Positions 42,522 to 51,253 of a stretch of DNA of 64,000 nucleotides are shown here, one piece after another. How positions within the stretch are numbered: position 1 is the first letter of the stretch; each line of letters begins with the position of its first letter. The DNA is from Nitrospirales bacterium (lineage in GTDB: Bacteria; Nitrospirota; Nitrospiria; Nitrospirales; UBA8639). The stretch is taken from NCBI GenBank assembly GCA_965203295.1, contig CBDBCZ010000019.1, positions 2,656,001-2,720,000 of the forward strand, written 5' to 3'. A program made the translations under genes and the position numbers. The notes below the pieces were generated by a model, which was given only the letters and a program-made list of their open reading frames with translations, ran no database searches and was not told the origin of the DNA.

Positions 42522-42596
42522 TGGAGCGGGAAAGGGGATTTGAACCCCCGACCCTCGCCTTGGCAAGACGATGCTCTACCACTGAGCTATTCCCGC
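42522..42596 (-). tRNA. tRNA-Gly (anticodon GCC)
   Basis: Reverse complement GCGGGAATAGCTCAGTGGTAGAGC...CTTGCCAAG...GTTCAAATC...TCCA. Confidence 0.96.
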
Positions 42597-42887
42597 TCTT
42601 AGAATAGTTGGTCTTTGAATTCTAGTAGTGGCTCTTGAGCAGTGTCAAGAAATCTTTCATTCATTGTCAAGAAATCTTTCATTCATTTATTTAATACAGA
42701 AGGGGAAAGGGTAAAAAAATTGTTTTTCCTTGAGAATTGCCATCCTTCCTCTCTAAACTTAGTCAAATAAAAAGCGCGAGAATGATGACTAGGTGTCTTT
42801 GTAGGCGAAAGAGGCCTAAATCAATAGTTTAAGGGAGTTTCAGGTTTAACGTTTAAAGATCTGAGTTTCTCATCCACAGCTCTGCTT

Positions 42888-42960
42888 GGCCGAAACCCCA
42901 CTCAAATAAAGACGATTGAACCAAACATCCTGGATGCTCGCTGACGTCTAGGGGTATGAC
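42888..42960 (-). repeat. Short 5' portion of the dispersed structured repeat
   Basis: Reverse complement ...GCATCCAGGATGTTTGGTTCAATCGTCTTTATTTGAGTGGGGTTTCGGCC matches 44560-44629. Confidence 0.8.
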
Positions 42961-43142
42961 TGTACCGCAGGAACTCTCAACTTGAACCGACCGTGTCCGT
43001 CAACTGAAATTCAAGCTTTGTAAATTAAATCTTTGCCCTTTTGGGAAGCTTGTTTTAAACTTCAACAATTCGTCAAAAGGAATTTGACGATCACATCAAT
43101 CAGAATCTCTGATCGGATTCAATTTCATGCTAAGAGGATGCT

Positions 43143-44474
43143 ATGCATATTAGTGTATTGGGAACCGGGTATGTCGGGTTGGTCACTGGAGCGTGTTTTT
43201 CAGAATTTGGGTTGAACGTGACGTGCATGGACACAGACGCCAGCCGAATCGCCAAACTGCAACATGGAGAAATCCCCTTCTACGAACCTGGCTTGGCAGA
43301 GTTGGTCACCAAAGGTCAAAAGGCCGGTCGTTTACGATTTACAACTGACCTCCTACAGGCTGTGGACACCGGGCTGGTGATCTTCATAGCCGTGGGGACA
43401 CCTCCAGGTGTCGATGGATCCGCAGATCTCTCCTATGTGGACGAGGTCGCGCGGAACATCGGCAGTCGAATGACGGGGTATAAAGTTGTTGTCACCAAAT
43501 CGACTGTTCCCGTTGGTACTGCCGAACGCATTCGCGAGATTGTCAAATCGAGCCAGACCACTCCTTGTAATTTCGATGTCGTGTCTAATCCGGAATTCCT
43601 CAGAGAGGGATCAGCCATAGAAGACTTTATGCGCCCAGACCGCGTGGTTATTGGAACAGACAGTCCACAAGCTACCGCGATTATGAAGGATTTGTATCGT
43701 CCCTTATATCTCATTGAAACCCCTGTGGTGATCACGAATGTTCCCACGGCAGAAATGATTAAATACGCCTCGAATGTCTTTTTGGCGACAAAGATTTCCT
43801 TTATCAACGAGATAGCCAATCTGTGCGAAATGGTCGGCGGGAATGTACAAACCGTTGCGAAAGCCATGGGGTTGGATAAACGAATTGGATCCAAGTTTCT
43901 TCATTCCGGTCCAGGGTACGGCGGCTCCTGCTTTGGCAAGGACACGGCTGCCTTAGTGCATATTGGGGAGAAAGCCGGTTATGAAATGAAATTGGCGGCA
44001 GCAACCAAGCGAGTGAATGAACAACAACGCGCTCGAATGGTCGATAAAATCCGCAACGTGCTTGGCTGCTTGCAGGGGAAAACCGTCGGGTTGTTGGGCC
44101 TGGCTTTCAAACCCAACACCAATGACTTACGGGACTCTCCGGCCTTAATGATTGCAGAGCATCTCATGAAGGAAGGTTGTACGATTCGCGCGTATGACCC
44201 CGAAGGCCAAGAGGAGGCAGTCGCGCTACTGCCCGAGATGATCAGTTGTCAGGATGCCTATGATGCGGCTAAGGGTGCGGATGCCTTAGTCCTTGTCACG
44301 GAATGGAACCAATTCCGCAATTTGGACTTAAACCAGATGAAGAGTCTCTTACGCTCTCCAATATTCATTGACTTACGGAATGTGTACGATCCCGAGCGTG
44401 TGGCGAGTTGTGAATTTTATTACGTGTCTGTAGGACGCCCATCTACTGGAACTCCTCCAACAGCCAACGTCTAA
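43143..44474 (+). CDS. ugd: UDP-glucose/GDP-mannose 6-dehydrogenase
   Basis: GTGYVG, KSTVPVG, NPEFLREG, GYGGSCF, AFKPNTND. Confidence 0.95.
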   Translation: MHISVLGTGYVGLVTGACFSEFGLNVTCMDTDASRIAKLQHGEIPFYEPGLAELVTKGQKAGRLRFTTDLLQAVDTGLVIFIAVGTPPGVDGSADLSYVDEVARNIGSRMTGYKVVVTKSTVPVGTAERIREIVKSSQTTPCNFDVVSNPEFLREGSAIEDFMRPDRVVIGTDSPQATAIMKDLYRPLYLIETPVVITNVPTAEMIKYASNVFLATKISFINEIANLCEMVGGNVQTVAKAMGLDKRIGSKFLHSGPGYGGSCFGKDTAALVHIGEKAGYEMKLAAATKRVNEQQRARMVDKIRNVLGCLQGKTVGLLGLAFKPNTNDLRDSPALMIAEHLMKEGCTIRAYDPEGQEEAVALLPEMISCQDAYDAAKGADALVLVTEWNQFRNLDLNQMKSLLRSPIFIDLRNVYDPERVASCEFYYVSVGRPSTGTPPTANV

Positions 44475-44559
44475 CAGGCCGATGAAGAAGCTCGCCACAG
44501 TGTCTTTCTTTTACGGACACTGTCCGATGAAGTGGGGAGTGCCTGTTCCACGTAGGGGA

Positions 44560-44977
44560 ATGCTCGCAGTCGTTAGCGGGCATCCCGAATGTTTGGTTCA
44601 ATCGTTTTTATTTGAGCGGGGTTTCGGCCCCGCACGACGAGGTCCTTTTGTTTCGGCAAAAGGACCCAAAACCATTCCCGCCCGCGCCTGGCCCTGCGGG
44701 TCTCCTTCGTCCCAGCACCGAATCACATGGCTGCGGAACTCGCTCCGCTCAGACAGTCCTCGCCGAGTTGGGGGATTCGGCGCTGCGACTCAGCCACGCG
44801 CAAGGCGGAACATACAGACTCAAAAAAGAGGACAAATTTTTTTACACCGCATACAATTTTTCACCGTCATGCTTGAAGGCGTAGGCGGGCATCCAGAGTC
44901 TCTCTCCCCACAAGACCTGGATTCCCGTTTTCACACCTACGCGTCGCAGCACTACGACGCGTAGACGTGGGAATGAC
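44560..44977 (+). repeat. Dispersed structured repeat copy A plus flanking REP-like units
   Basis: Near-identical to 48886-49226 and similar to the reverse complement of 61621-61826. Confidence 0.88.
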
Positions 44978-44991
44978 CGAAAGGGGTTTCA

Positions 44992-45663
44992 CTACGCCTC
45001 TTTAGGCTTATACCCCATCCGATCCAGCACCTTCATAATTCTTTTTCGTAAAGGATCTTGAGCATCAGCCAGAGCCATCGCGAGTGGCTCGACAGCGGGC
45101 TTTCCGATTTTTCGCAAAATCTCGGTAGCTGATTGACGGAGTTCCTCTTCTTCGGAGACCAAAAAAGGAATCACTTCAGAAACTGAGGGGGACCCGATTT
45201 TAATCAATGCCTCATAAGCCCGCCGTCTGACATCACCCACATCATCGGATAGACATTCCACAAGCTCTTTCACCGCGCTGACTGCCTTCAACTCACCCAA
45301 TACTTCTACCGCATGCTTCCTGTTCAACCAATGGGTATCTTTTAAATCGAGAATGGCCGCATCGACCTTGACAATATTGGGATCTTTAGCCCGAATGCGA
45401 AACTGCTTAATGAGCCGTTTACCATCTTCCTCAACCACATGGACCGTGGCTCCATCACCAAGCTTAATTTTTTTTAGATCCTCTAAAGCCTCATCTGAGA
45501 CATCTAAGAGGACAGTCCTGCCATCATAGGCCAACAGTTCGAATTCAATTTGTTTGGCCTCCATATCTATTGCGGTCACGTTTTCCGTCACCAAATTAAA
45601 CCCGTCTTTTTTCGCAGACTTTGGGGTAATCTGCATGAGCTTTACGGAAGCTTCATCTGCCAT
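44992..45663 (-). CDS. HEAT-repeat protein with a small beta-rich N-terminal domain
   Basis: C-terminal HEAT/PBS repeats (DDVGDVRRRAYEALIKIG). Confidence 0.85.
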   Translation of the reverse strand: MADEASVKLMQITPKSAKKDGFNLVTENVTAIDMEAKQIEFELLAYDGRTVLLDVSDEALEDLKKIKLGDGATVHVVEEDGKRLIKQFRIRAKDPNIVKVDAAILDLKDTHWLNRKHAVEVLGELKAVSAVKELVECLSDDVGDVRRRAYEALIKIGSPSVSEVIPFLVSEEEELRQSATEILRKIGKPAVEPLAMALADAQDPLRKRIMKVLDRMGYKPKEA

Positions 45664-45706
45664 AACTTCTCCTTTCTGATTCTCTCAAATACCTCAATTT
45701 TTCATA

Positions 45707-46465
45707 TCATGAAGGTTCTGGTTTCCAACCAAAACTTGCCAAGACACCCTCTGCTGTATCTCGAACCATCTCATTTTCATCCTCAAGCAGAGGTTTGACC
45801 GAATCGATTGCCCGTTTGTCTCCTAATCGTGCAAGCGACTCGGCAGCATTTCGCCTGACAAGCCAATCCTCATCAGTTAAGGCATCAACAAGGGGCTGAA
45901 AGCCTCGGGCGTCACCAATTTTGCCCAACGCTTCTGCTGCATGACGACGGACAATCCAATTGGCTCCCTTTAACCCTTCACTCAGGGCATGAGTGGCTCT
46001 TTCATCGCCTATTTTTTTGAGGACGCGAGCCACATCTTCTTGAACGGTGGCATCCAACAATGACTCGACCAAAGCCGGCACAGCCCGGGAGTCTCCAATT
46101 CGCTCCAAAGCCCACACCGCCGCTGTTCGTACAGCTCCATCTTTGTCTTGCAAAGCCTCCATAAGGGGTTCGACGGCCCGAGGGGTTTTGAGTTTTCCTA
46201 AAGCCGAAGCGGCTTGTTCGCGCACCGACCATTCATCATCTTCTAATGCCTCAATCAGTGGATCGATGGCTGGTTCACCAACTTGCACAATGGCACTGGT
46301 GGCTGCTTCTCGAATAACCAAGTCATCGTCTAAAAACATGTCAATGAGACGCGAGATCGCTGAAGCACCGATCTGCCCCAGCCTCGCTGCGGCATGATCA
46401 CGGAGCCCTTCATTTTCATCACGAAGAGACGCCAATAACTGTTCTATTCGGTCATGGTCACTCAT
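45707..46465 (-). CDS. HEAT/PBS-lyase repeat protein
   Basis: Repeats such as DDEWSVREQAASALG and DEDWLVRRNAAESLARLGD. Confidence 0.9.
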   Translation of the reverse strand: MSDHDRIEQLLASLRDENEGLRDHAAARLGQIGASAISRLIDMFLDDDLVIREAATSAIVQVGEPAIDPLIEALEDDEWSVREQAASALGKLKTPRAVEPLMEALQDKDGAVRTAAVWALERIGDSRAVPALVESLLDATVQEDVARVLKKIGDERATHALSEGLKGANWIVRRHAAEALGKIGDARGFQPLVDALTDEDWLVRRNAAESLARLGDKRAIDSVKPLLEDENEMVRDTAEGVLASFGWKPEPS

Positions 46466-47555
46466 CTAATTTCTCCTTCTCCGCCCACATCTCTTCATTC
46501 ATCTGAGCATCGGCTGCTGCCAACTTATCGAGAATGATACCGGAATTATAGGCCACAAGACCATCCCTGTCCCCCTTAAGTTTCTTCATCAGCTCGGCGT
46601 GAGGGCGAAGGACTTCCACATCTTTGATCTTTTCCAACGCCTCCACGGCCAACACACGGAGAGGTTTAATGGGAATCATCTCAATCAACAAATCCACTGG
46701 ACGAGAGTCACCGATTTGTCCAAGCGCCTTGGTGGCTAATTCCTTGACCCCTGTATCCTTATCCTTACGAAGCCGTTCAATCAGTGGCTCTACGGCCCTC
46801 ACATCTCCTATTTTCCCTAAAACATCAGCCGCCGCCTCGCGTACGACCCAATCATCATCTTCTAGGTATTCAATAAGAATCTCCACGCAGGGCCTTCCAA
46901 TGGGATGAAGCTTAATCACGGTTTCCTGACGGGCTCCTTCACGAAGTTCTGACTCCTCGACATCACGCAACTCGTCCATGATTTGGTCGACCCGTTCACG
47001 AATAGCCCCGAGCTTTTTCAACGTTTGCACAGCTTGGTCTCGAATGCAGGGATCAACCAAGGCATCAACCAGGGCATCTGAAGACCGGGAATCAAGGAGA
47101 TGGTCAAGAATGGTCGCAGCAAGAATCCGTCCTGACTCATCAGAATCCCGTAACATGACGGTCAATGGACCAATGGAAGTGGATATCGCACCCAGCAAGT
47201 CCGTGACTAACGGCCGAAGCTTTTCATCTTTCAACAATTCCACGAGTGCGGTGGCTGTGGCCTCGTCTAAGATTCCTGCGAGGTGTTTGAGGGCTTCCAT
47301 AACGGCTTGGGCGACATCGTCTTTTTCTTCCTTCAATAATTTGACTAACGCGACTCCCGCTCGCGGATCACCAATCCTGGCCAACATCCGGGCCGCTTCG
47401 ATTTTATACGTCGGAGTCCCAGTTGCCATGGCTCGAATGATTTCGTCAACAGCTCTCAGACCACCTTTTAAACAGGTCGCTGTCGCACGCATCCGCCGCC
47501 AGTCTTCTTCATGGGTCAATTCAGAAACAATCGTTTCTAGTGTTTCCTTAGGCAT
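46458..47555 (-). CDS. HEAT/PBS-lyase repeat protein
   Basis: DDDWVVREAAADVLGKIGD-type repeats; stop overlaps the next gene. Confidence 0.9.
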   Translation of the reverse strand: MPKETLETIVSELTHEEDWRRMRATATCLKGGLRAVDEIIRAMATGTPTYKIEAARMLARIGDPRAGVALVKLLKEEKDDVAQAVMEALKHLAGILDEATATALVELLKDEKLRPLVTDLLGAISTSIGPLTVMLRDSDESGRILAATILDHLLDSRSSDALVDALVDPCIRDQAVQTLKKLGAIRERVDQIMDELRDVEESELREGARQETVIKLHPIGRPCVEILIEYLEDDDWVVREAAADVLGKIGDVRAVEPLIERLRKDKDTGVKELATKALGQIGDSRPVDLLIEMIPIKPLRVLAVEALEKIKDVEVLRPHAELMKKLKGDRDGLVAYNSGIILDKLAAADAQMNEEMWAEKEKLDE

Positions 47556-47591
47556 AGGGTTCCAAACTACAAAAGGGTAAGACGCCTGGCT

Positions 47592-48683
47592 TTACAGCCG
47601 AATTTGCCCCCGTTTCCATCCAACACGCGAGAGCGTTTCCTTAATATGGCATTGAATATTTTCATCTTTTTCCGATTTCAGTAAATCCACAAGAACCGGT
47701 ATGGCCTGTTGCCCAAAAGCTGAAATGGCCTCAGCAGCCTCCGCACGGATCAAAGTATTTTGCAGGGCTGCCACCAAGACCGGCAGGGTCTGAGGGTCGC
47801 CAATTCGGGCCAAGGCCTTCACGGCGGCCTCAGCAGGAGCCAGATCATCTTTGTATCGTTCATCCTGACAGGAGGACAAGCGTCCTTCATAGTCTGCAAT
47901 TCTTAATTCCTTTAGTATCTCCAGAAGTGGGCCAACTGCACGTTGATCGCCAATTTTCCCCAGGGCTTCGATGGCCACGACACGAAGATGGTCGTTCTCT
48001 AGAGCTTCCAAGAGTGGTGTCACAGCCCTGGCATCTCCAATTTCCCCCAAAGCTTTTGCCGCATCTTGTCGCACGGCACGGTCCGAATCATGAGCAAGCC
48101 GGTTCAACAATGGGTCGACAGCTAAGGGCGATTGTATAACGCCTAGGGCCTCAGCCACACGAAATCGAACTCGCCATTCCGTATCTTGGAGAGAATGAAT
48201 TAACGATGTCACGGCCAAATCCCCCATGGCTTTTAACGTGACCGCAGCTTCATCCCGAACCGCTTTTACCTTGTCCTGAAGCAGAAGGATAAGCGTCTCG
48301 ACTGATTTGGGATTCCGTAAACGTGCTAATGCTCTCGCGGCATACATGCGAACAATCCAATCAGAGCTCACTAGTGCTGAAATAAGCGGATCTAAGACTT
48401 GGTCGTCTGAAATTTTAACCAAAACAGATGCAGCGGCTTCCTGAACAGAGAGGTTTGGATTCTGCAAACAGAGTCCTAGTTCCACGACAGCCGGTTCACC
48501 AATAGCCGTAAGCGCCTCGGTTGCTGCGTGACGGACAGCCTGATCAGAGTCACCCAACGCAAGAATCAACGGCTTGACTCCCCTGGGATCCCCCAAATGT
48601 CCTAAAAGAGTGGCTGCATCCTCACGGACCGCCCAATCCTCATCACGCAGGGCCGCGATTTGTTCTGCGACGCTATCCGTCAT
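47592..48683 (-). CDS. HEAT/PBS-lyase repeat protein
   Basis: DEDWAVREDAATLLG, DSDRAVRQDAAKALGEIGD. Confidence 0.9.
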   Translation of the reverse strand: MTDSVAEQIAALRDEDWAVREDAATLLGHLGDPRGVKPLILALGDSDQAVRHAATEALTAIGEPAVVELGLCLQNPNLSVQEAAASVLVKISDDQVLDPLISALVSSDWIVRMYAARALARLRNPKSVETLILLLQDKVKAVRDEAAVTLKAMGDLAVTSLIHSLQDTEWRVRFRVAEALGVIQSPLAVDPLLNRLAHDSDRAVRQDAAKALGEIGDARAVTPLLEALENDHLRVVAIEALGKIGDQRAVGPLLEILKELRIADYEGRLSSCQDERYKDDLAPAEAAVKALARIGDPQTLPVLVAALQNTLIRAEAAEAISAFGQQAIPVLVDLLKSEKDENIQCHIKETLSRVGWKRGQIRL

Positions 48684-48885
48684 GTTCTCACTTTTGCCAG
48701 AAACACAGACAGCGGATAAAAAACCCTAACAATGTTAAGGACTTACTCACAACGTATCATAGCGATTTTTTCAGGGTCAATTAAAGGGTCGTCCATTTCA
48801 CACGACCACGAGGAAGAAGTTATGAGAACCTTATCCCATAATTGTAAATACTTGAATTTCAGTTGACAGATATTGACAGATGATT

Positions 48886-49226
48886 TTGTTTAAATCGTTA
48901 TTATTTGAGCGGGGTTTCGGCCCCGCACGCCGAGATCCTTTTGTTTCGGCAAAAGGACTCCAAACCATTCCCGCCCGCGCATGGCCCTGCGGGCCTCCTT
49001 CGTCCCAGCCCCGAATCACATGGCTGCGGAACTCGCTCCGCTCAGACAGTCCTCACCCAGAAGTCAATTCGGCGCTGGGACGTAGCCCACGCGCAAGGCG
49101 GAACATCCAGATTCAAAAAAAGGGACAAATTTTTGCAAACCGCATACATTTTTACCGTCATGTCCGCAGGCTTTAGCGGGCTAGGTTATTTGGTTACATC
49201 GTCTTTATTTGAGCGGGGTTTCGGCC
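48886..49226 (+). repeat. Dispersed structured repeat copy B followed by the start of another unit
   Basis: TTATTTGAGCGGGGTTTCGGCC at 48901 and again at ~49205. Confidence 0.88.
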
Positions 49227-49296
49227 AGGCGAAACGGAACTTTAAACCTGAAACTTGAAACTCCCTAATGCAGGGACAGCAGTGGGAGAATGCTTG

Positions 49297-50817
49297 TCAG
49301 GATTTTGAAGCTGTCGTTTCTTCTTTAAAGGACTTGAAGAGAGAAACAACCATTAACAGAATGACGAAGGTAAAGGGAAAGGCGGCAAGAATCGCCCCCG
49401 TTTGCAAACCCTCTAAGCCTCCTGACCACAGTAAAACAGCCGCCACAACTGATTGAACAACTCCCCAAGTAAATTTTACGGAATTAGGAGGGTTGGGGTT
49501 TCCATGGGTAGTCAATGTGCCCAGAACAAAGGTAGCAGAATCGGCCGAAGTGATAAAAAAGATGGCGATTAAAAAAATGGCAATCAAAGACAAAAGAATG
49601 CCCAAGGGGAACTGTTGAAGAACAGTGAACAAAGCCACCTCTTTCCCCTGTTCATCAATGACAGCCTTTATCCCAACCTGATCAACCATTTCTAAGGATA
49701 TGGCTGTCCCCCCAAATACCGAAAACCAAAAAGCGCAGAAGATTGTTGGGACTAACAGCACTCCCAACACAAACTCCCGCACTGTCCGACCTTTTGAAAT
49801 CCTGGCAATAAACGTTCCGACAAAAGGAGCCCAGGCAATCCACCACGCCCAAAAGAACAATGTCCAGCTATTGATCCACTTTGAATCATCAAAAGGGGCC
49901 AAATACAAACTCATTTGAGGGAGATTCTGGAAATATTCTCCCAATGCGGTGGTAAAGACTGCCATGATGAACTTGGTCGGTCCAACGAAAAAAAGGAAAA
50001 ACAACAGAAGGAGAGCCAAGACCATGTTGAGGTTACTCAAGTACTTGATCCCTCGATGAAGTCCCGTTTGGGCTGAGAGCATAAATAACAAGGTCACGAC
50101 AACAATCAGACCTAACTGTGAGTAAGCATTGTTGGGGGAGCCAAACAGGTAGGAAAGGCCTCCACTTATCTGAATGGCTCCAAATCCCAAAGAGGTCGCC
50201 ACGCCAAAAACTGTGGCGAAAACCGCAATGATGTCCACGGTATGGCCTAACGGTCCGTCCACCCTTTCCTGAAAAATTGGGCGACAGCTATGGCTGATGA
50301 GTCCTGGGTCCCGCTTTCTGAACTGAAAATACGCTAAACAGAGCGCGACCATGGCATAGATGGCCCAAGGGTGGAAGCCCCAATGAAAGAATGAAAAACG
50401 TATCGCGAGGTCAGCTGCAGCCGGAGTCTGCCCTTGTCCCATTGGAGGCTCATAGTAATGTAATGTTGGTTCAGCAACTCCCCAAAATACGAGGCCGATT
50501 CCCGTTCCTGCACAAAACAGCATGGCAAACCAGGTGACAAATGGAAATTCAGGTTCATCTCCTTCACAGCCTAAAAGAATATTTCCATAACGAGAGACAA
50601 TAAGGAACACCGAACAAAGAAGCAGACCCAGAGTCGCAAGCAGATACAACCAACCAAACGTATCCAATAGTATCCCTTGGAAGGCCCCCGTGACCTCGGC
50701 TAAATGATCGGGAAGGACAGCGCCCCAAATCAAAAATGCCACTACAAGTGACAACGATATGATATATACTGATTTGTTTGTCTTCATGAAACCATCACGT
50801 TTTTCATTTACTTTCAA
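49297..50817 (-). CDS. BCCT-family betaine/carnitine/choline transporter (OpuD/BetT-like)
   Basis: WFAMLFCAGTGIG, FHWGFHPWAIY, WTLFFWAWWIAWAPFVGTFIARIS. Confidence 0.95.
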   Translation of the reverse strand: MKVNEKRDGFMKTNKSVYIISLSLVVAFLIWGAVLPDHLAEVTGAFQGILLDTFGWLYLLATLGLLLCSVFLIVSRYGNILLGCEGDEPEFPFVTWFAMLFCAGTGIGLVFWGVAEPTLHYYEPPMGQGQTPAAADLAIRFSFFHWGFHPWAIYAMVALCLAYFQFRKRDPGLISHSCRPIFQERVDGPLGHTVDIIAVFATVFGVATSLGFGAIQISGGLSYLFGSPNNAYSQLGLIVVVTLLFMLSAQTGLHRGIKYLSNLNMVLALLLLFFLFFVGPTKFIMAVFTTALGEYFQNLPQMSLYLAPFDDSKWINSWTLFFWAWWIAWAPFVGTFIARISKGRTVREFVLGVLLVPTIFCAFWFSVFGGTAISLEMVDQVGIKAVIDEQGKEVALFTVLQQFPLGILLSLIAIFLIAIFFITSADSATFVLGTLTTHGNPNPPNSVKFTWGVVQSVVAAVLLWSGGLEGLQTGAILAAFPFTFVILLMVVSLFKSFKEETTASKS

Positions 50818-51253
50818 CTATTTATATTATTTCTCGCGACCAATATTCATAATTTTTTAGGGTAAATGCATAAATGCAATTTTTGCTGCAGTTTTTCAGA
50901 CTACGTGCTCACTCTCACACAATTCTCATTTCCCATTTGTGAGAAATTTCCCACACTATGACTTAAACATGTCGAACAAACAATCTTTTAAATCAACAAG
51001 ATAGATACATTCTTTCAAAAAACACCCTCAAATCCTTGCAAGGACATTGAGGGTAAGGCCTATTGTGCAGAGAATTCTTTCAGAACTCAAATGTGGAAAA
51101 TGTCCTACAGGGGTTGAATGAGTCAACTTGAATCGCTAGACTGACCACCTCTCCTCATAGCTCACCCCCTCGAAACCAAAAGGAACGTGTAACTGGATAT
51201 CCCTCGAGGGAATTTACAGTCCCTCCGGGGCATCACAACCAGGAGAAGAGGTT

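Noticed and set aside
42314..42607. ORFs on both strands
   Set aside because: They overlap tRNA-Gly and the adjacent hairpins.
44482..44964. 160-aa ORF and similar ORFs at 48880-49258 that look like a paralog family
   Set aside because: They are translations of the non-coding structured repeat, and several frames are open at once.
44608..49226. Repeats considered as a CRISPR array
   Set aside because: The copies are long and dispersed, with no regular repeat-spacer period and no cas genes.
51110..51253. Possible riboswitch (SAM, glycine or c-di-AMP) upstream of the methyltransferase
   Set aside because: Only a weak CCCCTCGA/TCGAGGGAA-type pairing; no consensus motif recognised. An Infernal/Rfam scan would settle it.
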